Assembly (NCBI GenBank): GCA_964016885.1
Contig: CAXHJY010001747.1
Location: 124,001-188,000, forward strand
Direction: 5' to 3'
DNA from: Eledone cirrhosa
Lineage: Eukaryota
DNA: 64,000 bases
The position numbers and the translations under genes are program-made. Position 1 is the first letter of the stretch; every line of letters begins with the position of its first letter. Positions 1 through 11,951 of this stretch are shown piece by piece. The notes below the pieces were generated by a model. It did no database searches. It was not told the origin of the DNA and worked only from the letters and a program-made list of their open reading frames with translations.

Positions 1-100
1 GTCACACACTGTGTCAGCCGTGTCACACACACTGTGTCAGCCGTTTCACACACACTGTGTCAGCCGCGTCACACACTGTGTCAGCCGTGTCACACACACA
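1..100. repeat. 20-22 bp minisatellite (GTCACACACTGTGTCAGCCGT-like unit), left arm of a fold-back; continues beyond the window start
   Basis: Tandem units visible directly; reverse complement of the array at 1248-2757. Confidence 0.9.
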
Positions 101-247
101 CTGCGTTACAATGAATTCTCCGGAGAATTAGGTTACGTGTATGCGGGCCAGTAGAATGCTCAGTCACTTACATGTTATTAGCAGGAGTAGGCTGTTCCGT
201 TGATCGCAGCAACTGGGATATTCGTGGTCAAGAACTAAGAGATTCAA
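101..247 (+). mobile_element. 3' part of a SINE (same family as 29619-29910)
   Basis: ctgcgttacaatgaattctccggagaattaggtta...aggctgttccgttgat aligns with ctctgttatgctgaatcttc..cccgagaagtacgtta...aggatgttccgcttat at 29801-29880; followed by a (CA)n tail. Confidence 0.65.
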
Positions 248-1049
248 CACACACACATACACACACACACACACACAGACACAGACACACACAGAGAGAC
301 ACACACACACACACACATAAACACACACACATAGACACACACACACACACACAGACACACACACAGACACACACACACACACACACATAAACACACACAC
401 ACACACAGCCACAGACACACACAGACACGTACACAGACACAGACACACACATACACAGACACACACGGACACACACATACACACAGACACACACACAGAC
501 ACAGACACACACGTTTGTCTCTGTGTCTGTGTGTGTCTGTGTGTGTGTCTGTGTCTGTGTTTGTGTGTGTGTGTCTGTGTGTGTGTGTGTCTGTGTGTGT
601 GTGTCTGTGTCTGTGTCTGTGTCTGTGTGTCTGTGTGTCTGTGTGTGTGTGTGTGTCTGTGTGTGTGTGTGTCTGTGTGTGTGTGTTTCTGTGTCTGTGT
701 GTGTCTGTGTGTGTGTATATATGTGTCTATATGTGTGTGTGTCTCTGTGTGTGTGTTTATGTGTGTGGGTGTGTCTGTGTGTGTGTCTGTGTGTGTCTGT
801 GTATGTGTGTGTCTGTGTATGTGTCTATGTGTGTCTGTGTCTGTGTGTGTGTGTCTGTGTGTGTGTCTGTGTGTGTGTGTGTCTATGTGTATGTGTGTGT
901 CTTGTGTGTGTCTGTGTCTCTGTGTGTGTGTCTGTGTGTGTGTCTGTGTGTGTGTCTGTGTCTGTGTCTGTGTCTGTGTATGTGTGTGTGTGTGTGTATG
1001 TGTCTGTGTATGTGTGTGTGTGTATGTGTGTGTGTGTGTGTATGTGTCT

Positions 1050-1100
<51 letters not shown>
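248..1100. repeat. Compound (CA)n/(CAGACA)n tract abutting a (GT)n/(GTCTGT)n tract; centre of the inversion at ~511-516
   Basis: Strand switch at 'acacgtttgtct'. Confidence 0.95.
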
Positions 1101-1102
<2 letters not shown>

Positions 1103-1247
1103 GAATCTCTTAGTTCTTGACCACGAACATCCCAGTTGCTGCGATCAACGGAACAGCCTACTCCTGCAAATAACATGTAAGTGACTGAGCATTCTACTGG
1201 CCCGCATACACGTAACCTCATTCTCCGGAGAATTCATTGTAACGCAG
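1101..1247 (-). mobile_element. Inverted copy of the SINE fragment at 101-247
   Basis: Reverse complement of 101-247 with 3 substitutions seen. Confidence 0.7.
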
Positions 1248-2757
1248 TGTGTGTGTGAAACGGCTGACACAGTGTGTGACACGGCTGACACAGTGTGTGA
1301 CACGGAGACACAGTGTGTGACACGACTGACACAGTGTGTGTGAAACGGCTGACACAGTGTGTGAAACGGCTGATACAGTGTGTGACACGGCTGACACAGT
1401 GTGTGTGAAACGGCTGACACAGTGTGTGACACGGCTGATACAGTGTGTGACACGGCTGATACAGTGTGTGACACGGTTGACACAGTGTGTGACACGGCTG
1501 ACACAGTGTGTGTGACACGGCTGACACAGTGTGTGTGACACGGCTGACACAGTGTGTGACACGGAGACACAGTGTGTGACACGGCTGATACAGTGTGGGA
1601 CACGGCTGATACAGTGTGTGATACGGCTGACACAGTGTGTGACACGGCTGATACAGTGTGTGATACGGCTGATACAGTGTGTGACATGACTGACACAGTG
1701 TGTGACACGGAGACACAGTGTGTGACACGGCTGATACAGTGTGTGACACGGCTGATAAGTGTGTGACACGGCTGATACAGTGTGTGACACGGCTGATACA
1801 GTGTGTGATACGGCTGACACAGTGTGTGACATGACTGACACAGTGTGTGTGACACGGCTGATACAGTGTGTGACACGACTGACACAGTGTGTGTGACACG
1901 GCTGACACAGTGTGTGACACCGCTGACACAGTGTGTGTGACACGACTGACACAGTGTGTGACACGGCTGACACAGTGTGTGACACGGCTGACACAGTGTG
2001 TGTGACACGGCTGACACAGTGTGTGACACGGCTGATACAGTGTGTGACACGGCTGACACAGTGTGTGACACGGTTGACACAGTGTGTGACACGGCTGACA
2101 CAGTGTGTGTGACACGGCTGACACAGTGTGTGTGACACGGCTGACACAGTGTGTGACACAGAGACACAGTGTGTGACACGGCTGATACAGTGTGGGACAC
2201 GGCTGATACAGTGTGTGATACGGCTGACACAGTGTGTGACACGGCTGATACAGTGTGTGATACGGCTGATACAGTGTGTGACATGACTGACACAGTGTGT
2301 GACACGGAGACACAGTGTGTGACACGGCTGATACAGTGTGTGACACGGCTGATACAGTGTGTGACACGGCTGATACAGTGTGTGATACGGCTGACACAGT
2401 GTGTGACACGACTGACACAGTGTGTGTGACACGGCTGATACAGTGTGTGACACGACTGACACAGTGTGTGTGACACGGCTGACACAGTGTGTGACACCGC
2501 TGACACAGTGTGTGTGACACGACTGACACAGTGTGTGACACGGCTGACACAGTGTGTGACACGGCTGAAACAGTGTGTGTGACACGGCTGACACAGTGTG
2601 TGACACAGATGACACAGTGTGTGTGACACGGCTGACACAGTGTGTGACAGGCTGACACAGTGTGTGTGTCATGGCTGACACAGTGTGTGTGACACGGCTA
2701 ACACAGTGTGTGTGTGACACGGCTGTCACAGCGTGTGACACGGCTGACACAGTGTGT
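1248..2757. repeat. 20-22 bp minisatellite (ACAGTGTGTGACACGGCTGA[C/T]) with an internal ~597-bp higher-order duplication
   Basis: Tandem units; the rare variant gtgtgggacacgg occurs at ~1593 and ~2190 with identical neighbouring variants. Confidence 0.95.
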
Positions 2758-3330
2758 GTCTGTGTATGTATATATGTATGTTTATATGTATGTTTATATG
2801 TATGCATGTATGTTTATATGTATGCATGTATCTATTTATGTATGTATGAATGTATGTATGTAAACATGTTATAAACATATGTATCTGTGTATCTATGTTT
2901 ATATGTATGTATGTATATATGTATGTATATATGTATGTGTGTATGCATGTATGATTGTATGTATGTATGTATGATTGTACATACGACCATTTCTACATAT
3001 GTACAAATACAGACAGATATTCCGCGTGTTTCTGATTGAATGTTTATATGCATATATCTATGTATGTTTGTATGTATGTATGTTTGTATGTATGTATGTT
3101 TGTATGTATGTATGTATGTATGTATGTATGATTGTATGTATGTATGATTGTATGTATGTATGTATGTATGTACATATGCATGTATGTATGTATGTATGTA
3201 TGTATGTATGTATGTTTGTATGTACATATGTATGTTTGTATGTATGTATGTATGTATGTATGATTGTACATACGACCATTTCTACATATGTACAAATACA
3301 GACAGATATTCCGCGTGTTTCTGATTGAAT
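2758..3330. repeat. (TATG)n microsatellite containing a 71-bp direct duplication (2971-3041 / 3260-3330)
   Basis: atgattgtacatacgaccatttctac...ttctgattgaat is present twice. Confidence 0.9.
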
Positions 3331-3665
3331 AAGGCAAATAAATTGAGCATTTTTAATCTTGTACAGAGAATAAGAGTGAGAAGGCTTTTATCTTGGGTTG
3401 TTTGCTAACGAAGTGCATGTGTTTAGCCGACTGTGTCAAAGCTTGCACTCCAGGGTTTAGTTTGTGTGAGTGTTGGATGTTTTTTTATGTGTTGGTGTTG
3501 TGTGTAGTTTGTGTGTGTGTGCATGTCTGTATGCGTGTGTGTGTGTGTGTGTGTCAGTCTAGTGACGCAGACATGATGTTAAAAGGAAATACAGCGTAGG
3601 TATGTGTGTGCTTTTGTGTACATATATATGTACATATACCAACACACACATACACAAACACACAC

Positions 3666-3721
<56 letters not shown>

Positions 3722-3853
3722 CCATATAGAATCGTAAAGGGAATTATTTATTCAAATACCAATCTTTGTCAAAACGGCCAAATAGATACACGCATTCACT
3801 CAGAAAGTCACTAGGAGTAACTACAAATACAAACACATAAATGATTTTATATA

Positions 3854-3922
<69 letters not shown>

Positions 3923-4004
3923 GTATGAAGTTCATAGAAAATGGTAAACTGAAACGCAAGAAATAGCGGTTAAAACAGCCGAATGCTGTTAATAATTGTT
4001 TATT

Positions 4005-4200
4005 CTTTTGGCACAAGGCCAGCAATTACCCAGTGCATTACTGGTACTTTATTTTATCGACCCCGTAAGGATGTAAGGCAAAGTTAACCTCGGCGGGATT
4101 TAATAATGATTTCTACTTTTTTGAACTCTGACCATAAAGGGACGTAACTATGCTGGAAAGCATGGTGTCCAACTCTCTACCTATACAGCCAATCCAATAA
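4005..4200 (-). mobile_element. tRNA-derived SINE, family with central GCCTTTCATCC..GGGGTCGATAAAATAAAGTACCAG domain (interrupted copy)
   Basis: Reverse complement matches copies at 5335, 23000 and 42270; B-box-like GAGTTCAAA. Confidence 0.75.
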
Positions 4201-4264
4201 CAGAATGGCAGTCGGATAAAAATACCCCTAAGGACGGAAGTAGCAGTAGTTGTGGTAGTCAGTG

Positions 4265-4659
4265 GAAGTGGTGGTAGTAGTAGAAAGGAGGAGGAGGAAT
4301 AAGCGAAGAGGGGAAGAGAGAAGAGGTGGAAGAGAGAGAGGTGGAGAGAGAGGTGGAAGGGAGAGAGAGGAGGAGAGAAAGAAGGGGAAGAGAGAGAGGA
4401 GGAAGGGAGTGAGAGATGGAAGAGAGAGAGAGAGAGGAGGAGAGAGAGAGGGGAAAGAGAGAGGAGGAAGTGAGAAAGAAAGAGTGAGAGAGGGGAGGAA
4501 GAGAGAGAGAGAGAGAGAGAGGAGGAGAGAGAGGAGGAGAGAGAGGAGGAGAGAGAGGAGGAAGAGAGAGAGAGCAGGAAGAGAGAGAAAGAAGGGGAAG
4601 AAAGAGAGGAGGAGGAGAGAGAGGAAGAGAGAGAGGAAGAAGAGATAGAAAGAAGGGGA

Positions 4660-4696
<37 letters not shown>

Positions 4697-4712
4697 GAAG
4701 GGAGTGAGAGAA

Positions 4713-4745
<33 letters not shown>
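4265..4745. repeat. Polypurine (GA/GGA)n tract
   Basis: Almost purely G/A on the + strand. Confidence 0.95.
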
Positions 4746-4748
<3 letters not shown>

Positions 4749-5334
4749 ATAATCGGCCCTTGGTCCCCGATATCCGTCCATATTGGAAAGCTAATAAAAT
4801 AATAACTTATGATAAAAGTAAACCAATATTGTATGTATTGAAAACTACACCCTAAACTATACTTTTCCTCTTGCCCTGGCGGCATGTACCGGCTGGGCCT
4901 ATTATTCTGTCCCTCCCTGGTTTATTTGTCTGTCTGTTCTGTACTGTTCTGTTTTGTTGCCATCACAATACCAGGAGAAATGTTTATGTCCTGCTTCACG
5001 AGCTGGTCCAAAATATGTAGTCCTCACTTTCTCGTACGGAACGACATGGCCCGATGAGAACTAATGAGGTTCAGATGCGCCTATGTTTTGGTCTTGTAAT
5101 TTTAATCTCCACACATTTTGTAACTTTGGTCTCCACTTATTTTCCTTTTTTATTCTCCCCTTTCTTTATCACTCCTACATGTCAATACACTCCTCTCTTA
5201 ATCATCTATACTTTTCCTTCCACACGACCTCTCAGTTTTCCGTTTCTTCGTAGCAGCCACTTACCATTATTTTCCGTCCCTAGGGGTACTTTTACTCAAC
5301 TTCCATGCTGTTATTATTAACGACATTTCGGGCA

Positions 5335-5550
5335 GTGGATTGACAGGATCGGTAGAGGGTCAGACGTCATGCTTTGTAGCATAGAATTACGGCTCCTTAT
5401 GATCTGAGTTCAAATCCCGCCGAGGTTAACTTTGCCTTTCATCCTTAATGGGTCGATAAAATAAAGTACCAGTCACGCACTGGGGTCGATTTAATCGACT
5501 TCCACCACCAAATTACTGGCGTTGTGCCTACACTAGAAATCATTATATTA
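5335..5550 (+). mobile_element. tRNA-derived SINE (Meta-domain-like family)
   Basis: ggattgacaggatcggtagag...gagttcaaatcccgccgaggttaactttgcctttcatcc...gtcgataaaataaagtaccag...attatta tail; many copies in the window. Confidence 0.85.
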
Positions 5551-6410
5551 GTGAGATTACTCTCTGTGTTGCGAGTAATCTCAGTAATATATATGTATGT
5601 TATCTCTTTCTCTTAATTTCAAGTATATATTTTTGACCGGCCACCTTCCTGGTGGCAAGGTTGTAAAAGAAAATAAATGATCATCCCTTGAATCGCAAGA
5701 ATGTTTTGCAAATTTTGAAGGTGCCAGCTATCGCAGCCATTTGTAGACTATGAATTAGGGAGCTGCGCTCTTTGTCCGCAAATCCAAGTTCAGTCATACT
5801 TTGGTCCAAGCGGGTTGGTATATAACCCGTAGCTCCAATAATGATGGGTATGAAGCTAAAGGTGTATCTTGGATACTGGATTTGTAAACTCCTCATCAAT
5901 GGTCCGTAGATGTCGTCCTTCTCCTGTATTTTTCTGACAACGTTTACACAAGTGGGCAGCTGATCTCCACAACAGAACACGTTTTCAATGTGTGGTACCA
6001 AACAACAATATCAGGCCGGTTGTGCTTTAATTTGGTGGCAGTTTTTATTTTCAGGTTCCACCAGTATTCCTTAGTGCCATCTGTCTCAATATATTCTTCC
6101 TCGTTTGTTGTTAATTTTGTTTTCCGAAGTGCGTTCCAGATGGTTCTAGCTATCCCATCGTGTCTCATGGGGAGGTAGTAGCGAGATGACATTATTTCGC
6201 AGCTGGCAACAATGTGGCTTACATCTTCGATCTTTGTTTTACATAGCCTACATTTATTATCAGCTGATGGCCCTCCCCTTTTGTGCAGCAGATATTTGGT
6301 AGGGAGTTCTTGTTCCTGTATTGCATAGAGATATCCCTCAAGGTGTGATGTCATAAACTTGTCGGAACTCCATGCCAGGCTTTTTGAGTGGTTTATCCCC
6401 TCCATGGTCT
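5551..6410 (-). mobile_element. 5'-truncated non-LTR retrotransposon with restriction-like endonuclease (R4/Dong-like): C-terminal ORF remnant 6405-5681 with one frameshift near 5950, plus 3'UTR
   Basis: CRLC-x6-SH-x4-C zinc knuckle, RHD, RPDIV...VEISCP (PD-D/ExK RLE), and PIIIGATGYIP. Confidence 0.85.
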
Positions 6411-6610
6411 GCTTTTTATGTATGTATGTATATATATGTTTATATATCTATACATATATATTTGAATGTGTGTGTATGTGTGTGTGCGCGTGTGTGTCAG
6501 TGAATTCACGTGTATATATACCGTGTCTGTATTCGTTAAAAACAACAGCAAAAACAACTAAGATAAATGTTGACAACAATAACAAGAGCAAAGTCTGTTT
6601 TTATCTATCT

Positions 6611-9600
6611 AACTGATAAATGAAGGAAAAAAATATATTACCTTCGAGGAAAAAGGGGGATTTAAAATCACCTCTCCGCCACAAATCAAAGCCGACACTA
6701 TGCGAAGGACTGTGATTTTTCGCACGATTTTGAACAAACAAAAAAAAAAACGGCTTTCTTTACTCAAGGCGAAATTGAAATCGTCTTGAAAGAGGCAATG
6801 CCGGAAATACAATGCATACAAAGGGCTAAACTATATGGAAGCATTTCGGTGCTCTTCAAAAGTGAGGCCCTTGCGAAAAAATACTCAGTGATCCCGGTCA
6901 CCTCTGCCACACACACCTTTTTCCTTACATACATGGGAAAAAGAACACAAAGAATAAACATCACCAATATACCACCCAACATTAACATCTGGTGGATTCT
7001 TGCAGGGTTCTTGCAGGGTTCTTGGAGGAGGATGAAGACACAATACTGTCGATTCAAAAATCCACAAACACAAATGCCCACCATAAAAAGAAAACTACAA
7101 AATGAACAACAAACCAAAACAACACAAAAAACAACAACAATACACATACATTAACACAAACAGCAAAAACCTAATGGAGGTCATCTCCCAAGACCCCAAA
7201 GTAGAAACTGAGGGGAAAACGTGTGTAAAAGCAGACTCTCAACCACACCTAAAACTAATAAGGGTTTCGATAGAAACCTATCAGAAATTGAAATAACAGT
7301 TTTCACAGGACGTTGGCAACCCCTGCCAAAAACCAATATACCGTGTCCTGTTGAAATGTTTCCCACCCCACTCAACATCCCCACCAGAACTGAAATAGAG
7401 ATTGAACAACCCGATCTCCAGGAAACGAAAAGGTAAGTGCACCTTTTCGTCCTTTTCGCCAACTCTTCTTCACCAACATAGCTGACTTACGAGTTGGAAG
7501 CGTGAATGTGCGTGGCTTAGGGATGCTCTGGAAACAGGGCCAACTTTTAAACGACCTTAGATCACACGGTATAGATGTAATAGCCATCACCTAGTCCAGG
7601 ATCGACAACAGGCAGCAACTAACCCCCATCTCCAATTACTTTGAGATCTACGCATTTCTCAGCCGGGAGGTGGAGGGGGAGTGACTGTCATGTTTCGGAA
7701 AAACCTGGATCTCGAAATACAGCAAGTACACTTGGACCCGGAGGGTAGACTGGTAGTCCTAGACGTGAACAGTATTGGAGGTGGAGCCTTCAGACTGGTG
7801 GCCGTTTATGCCCCGACCGGGCAATCACAATCGCGGCCAGACTTCTTTAAGTATCTAGAGCCTTTTCTGGGGACGTCTCGCTCCTTGCTTTTAGTGGGGG
7901 ACTGGAATGGTATCCTAGATGCACGATGGGACTATGTGGGAGCATGTCCCAGTAGAGCGGGGTGCAACAGCCTCAACAATCTAATCGGCCAATTCCAACT
8001 GGCCGATAGATATCGACTAGATTTCCCGACTGCACCACAGTGGACGTGGGCAAACCACAGCGGGACATCTAGATCGTATTTAGATAGGTTTTTCATTAGA
8101 GAAAAGGATAAGAAAATGTTAAGCTGTCCACAAATGCACATGGTTGCCTATTCAGATCACAAACTAGTCGTTTGCATAGTCAACCGTGATAGAATACATA
8201 GAAAAGGACCCGGATACTGGAAGCTGAACGTGTCGTTGCTGGCACGAAAAGCCTACAGTGAACGGATAAGTAGATTAGTTAAGCAAGAGTTGACGGGAGC
8301 CATCGTCAACAATAGATGGTGGTACTCTCTCAAGAGAGCAATTAGAGTAGAATCGATAGGGTTTAGCAGAGAATTAGCTTTAGAGAAAAACAAATCAGAA
8401 ACAGAACTAGTAGCCAAGGTAGAAGAGGCGCGTAGGAGTGGCAACGCAGATAGAGTGCTAACATCGAGAACGGCACTGGACCAGTTCTTCGACGCAAAAC
8501 ACGAAAGCTGCGTGGTCAGAAGTAAATCACGTGCTCTAGGAAACGAGGGAGCAAAAGCTGTTAGTTGGGCCCGAGTGGTGGAAGCGAAAAGTGGCAACAT
8601 GTCCACGATTCGGTCTTTGAAAGACCAAAACGGACGCGTACTACTTGACCCAAGAAAATGTGCGCGGCCTTTCAGCGGCACTTTGCGCGACTGTTTGAGC
8701 AGAACGACGGTGCACTGAACGGGGCAATGGACTTTGGTTCATACCTCGACGGCCTGCCGCGTCTCTCGAGCATGGACGCCGAGTTCTGCGAAAGACCGAT
8801 CACAGCCACTGAGATACGCTCTGGGCCGCTGCGGGAAACGCAAATCACCCGGTCTAGATGGTCTACCCTATGAGTTTTACATAGACATGCCGGACTTGTT
8901 CTCTGGCATCCTCGAAGTACTGCAATTGGCAGCAGAACGGGACAATTCCCAGTTCTGCAGGCAAGGGCGTAGTAACGCTGATCAGGAAAGACGAGAACAA
9001 GGGGGACGAAATTAACAATTTCAGGCCCATAACTCTGCTCAACACAGAGTTAAAGATTTTGGCCAAGGTGCTAGCAAAGAGGCTGGCGCTTGTCGTCGAA
9101 AACCTGGTAGGGAAAGCGCAAACGTGTGCAATCCCGACCAGGTCCATACAACTTCCAGATGTCCCTGGCCTGACAGTGCTACCGAGGAGCTCTACCCGTT
9201 CGAGATAAGATCTACAGGCACGGACGCCCCGGCAGGGATCCTTCCAAGAGGACGTGTCCAAGATGCGAGCAGGACATTGAAACCGTTTTGCACGCAATTG
9301 TACACTGCTCGGGCGTAAGCGTCCTGTGGAACTATGCAAACAACTGCTGTCGCGTATGGGACAAATCCAGTTGACTGCCGAGTCCATAGTAAGGATCAAA
9401 CCGCCAACTTCTTTCAAAAACGAAAGAGAGGCGGTTTTCCTCTGTATAGTGGCTATGGTGAAAGAGGTTATATGGTGGACGAGATTGAGAGGACTGAGGA
9501 CAGATGCCTTTCTCTCCGGACAACAATTGATTCCCTTCTTTAAGTATCACCTTAGAAGGAGAATCAGGGTGCAGAGAGAGGCACTGCACCCCAGTAAATG

Positions 9601-9873
9601 GCCCGAGTGATTGGGCCTTCTCTGTTTATAAGCCTGTAGGTTAAAGAAGAGAGCAAAAGGAAGAAGGGAGCACTTGCACAACACGCTCCTTAAGTTGACG
9701 GTTGTTCTATCGACGGGGTATTAAACAACCCATTTGTGGCCCTTCCCCCCTAATGGGGATTTCGATTGTTATAATTGTTTGTTTCAATAATTTTACACGA
9801 CTGTATGTAAAATCCCTGGCATGTGTCTTTGTATTGTCCCCTTTTCTCGTGCACCCTTGTGGCAAATAAAGAA

Positions 9874-9875
<2 letters not shown>
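6611..9875 (+). mobile_element. Tx1-clade LINE copy 1 (subfamily A): 5'-truncated in ORF1, degenerate, RT core deleted
   Basis: ORF1 remnants (LYGSISVL, YMGKRTQR, WWILAGF) and APE domain (GDWNG, SYLDRF, SDHK) homologous to 10108-15388; stops and frameshifts; ends aataaagaaat+(CTAT)n. Confidence 0.92.

Positions 9876-9904
<29 letters not shown>
9875..9904. repeat. (TATC)n spacer between Tx1 copies 1 and 2
   Basis: About 7 units. Confidence 0.95.
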
Positions 9905-9906
<2 letters not shown>

Positions 9907-10107
9907 GATAGAGTAAGACACGCTTCGCATCGGCTCCGCTATTCCATCGGGATTTACCCTTACTATTGTAAGTACCGGATAAATTTTTTAGTGCAACACA
10001 TTTGGAACACTAACCCCTGTTATTTAGGGAAACATTTTTGCATTTACCCCCTTTTTAGGGGGTAAAATAAATATCTATTTTTGCCGAAAAATTTCTTTCT
10101 TGGCAGC

Positions 10108-11946
10108 ATGGCGGAAAAGATGGCAGACATGTCTGCCATTAGCTCTGCCACGCCCCCCAAGTGTGAAGAACAAAAAATAATTACAACAAAATTAGACATT
10201 GAAACAAACAAACAAAATGAAAAAACAAATGTTAAGGAAAATGAGCAAACAGAAAACAAACAAACAGAAAATAATACAAATAACGACAGGGCAACTTTCG
10301 CCCAGAAAACAAAACAATCCATTACATACACACCAATTGACCTAACTGCCGCCAGAGAAAAACTGGCCGAAGCAAAGAAACACATTGTTTTGGGGGAGAA
10401 CGGAATGTTTTCCATTAACTCCCCCCCAGAATTCAAGAAAGCCAGAGCAGAAAACACAGTTCTATACAGAACTATACTGAACCAGACAAGAAAGCCAGCA
10501 CAGCCCAGCCAAATGGAAATAGAGTTAGTCCTAAAAGACTATATGAAGAATATTCTCTTCATACGAAAGGACCGACTCTATGGCAGCATTTCGGTCCTAA
10601 CAAGAGACAAAGAAACGGCGGAGAAGCTTTCCCTAAGCCCACTCTCGTCGACAACATATAGCTTCTATCCCTCCTACATGGGTAGAAGAACACAGAGAGT
10701 AAAAGTAAAAACAATGCTGCCCACAATGGACTTCTGGTGGGCTATTGCTGGCTTCATTGATATGGGCGAAGACACTATGCTGTCAACGGGGAAGGCAACT
10801 GGAGATGCGTTCCTGGGAATGGGCCTCGACATACTAGTCCAAATGAGGCCCGAAAGAATAGCACAAATCCCGGATCGCATCTGGCTGGATGACCTTACCC
10901 CAATAGACATAATTGTAGAGGGGAGAAGACCAGCATGCTATTTATGCATGGAAAGGGGACACGTTAAGGCTAACTGCCCGAAACGTATCCCCCAAAAAGG
11001 ACTATTGCCCACACCCACCACAAACAGTACACCAGCACCACCCACCTCCAAAAATACACTAATACCACACACAGCAAACAAAATACAGACACCACCAACC
11101 ACAAACACAACACAAACATCACCACCACCAGCACCAAACACAAGCACGACACAAAAATCACCACCACCAACCACAACACAAACATCACCACCACCATCAC
11201 CAACCACAAGCACGACACAAACATTACCACCACCACCACCACAAAACCCATTCCAAACAAATAATAAAAAAAACAGTAACAAATCTACCCCTCCCGCAAA
11301 AAAAAAACAACCACACAACACGTCCCTCCCACCTAGCGCTGAAGAGTTTCCCCCAACTTCTGAAGAAGAAGGAGGAGAAGCCTTCAGACAAGTTAAAAGA
11401 AAAAAAAGAAAACACACACCCAGCACACCACAAATAACCCACACACAAACACCAACTCCAATCAAAAACACCCCACCCTCAACAAACAAAAATAAATCTG
11501 CGCCTCCCCTCTCCGAAACATTGACAGCATCACAAAAAAAGACGTTGCAATACACATATATAAATAAAGAAAACAAAAAACTGGTTAAATTAATAAACAA
11601 TAACCCTATGGTGCAGACCGAAGGGCCAAACTTTATCTCAACAGAGAACTTCACCCATTTAAAAATGATAAAGGTCCCTCTGGACCTTTATCGTTCCTTA
11701 AAAGAACAATTTAGACGGGACGTGAGCCCCCCCCCCTGTTTAAAACCGTTGAATCGCGTCCTCTTGAAAGATTTCCCCATAACCGCCCCTCTCCCTGACA
11801 CAACTCCAAATACCCCAACCCCACCACACACGTGTACCCCCACACCACCACAAAACATCCCTCCACCCAACACACCTGATGCCATGGAAATTACGCAACC
11901 CGGAGAGGTAAGTGCTTTTCTTTCTTCACTTTCAACACCAAAATAG
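10108..11946 (+). CDS. Tx1 ORF1 protein (~612 aa), nucleic-acid-binding, with CCHC zinc knuckle and Pro/Thr-rich linker
   Basis: ATG at 10108; CYLCMERGHVKANC at 10936-10977; KRKKRK basic cluster; uninterrupted frame. Confidence 0.88.
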   Translation: MAEKMADMSAISSATPPKCEEQKIITTKLDIETNKQNEKTNVKENEQTENKQTENNTNNDRATFAQKTKQSITYTPIDLTAAREKLAEAKKHIVLGENGMFSINSPPEFKKARAENTVLYRTILNQTRKPAQPSQMEIELVLKDYMKNILFIRKDRLYGSISVLTRDKETAEKLSLSPLSSTTYSFYPSYMGRRTQRVKVKTMLPTMDFWWAIAGFIDMGEDTMLSTGKATGDAFLGMGLDILVQMRPERIAQIPDRIWLDDLTPIDIIVEGRRPACYLCMERGHVKANCPKRIPQKGLLPTPTTNSTPAPPTSKNTLIPHTANKIQTPPTTNTTQTSPPPAPNTSTTQKSPPPTTTQTSPPPSPTTSTTQTLPPPPPQNPFQTNNKKNSNKSTPPAKKKQPHNTSLPPSAEEFPPTSEEEGGEAFRQVKRKKRKHTPSTPQITHTQTPTPIKNTPPSTNKNKSAPPLSETLTASQKKTLQYTYINKENKKLVKLINNNPMVQTEGPNFISTENFTHLKMIKVPLDLYRSLKEQFRRDVSPPPCLKPLNRVLLKDFPITAPLPDTTPNTPTPPHTCTPTPPQNIPPPNTPDAMEITQPGEVSAFLSSLSTPK

Positions 11947-11951
11947 ATCAA

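Noticed and set aside
1248-2757. CRISPR-like regular repeats
   Set aside because: No unique spacers and no cas genes; eukaryotic tandem repeat.
1145-2807. Three overlapping ~500-aa minus-strand ORFs
   Set aside because: Translations of the 20-22 bp minisatellite in all frames.
5051-5085. Possible hammerhead CCGATGA-GAAC..GTTC
   Set aside because: The GAAA half of the core is absent (AGAT); at best a dead remnant.
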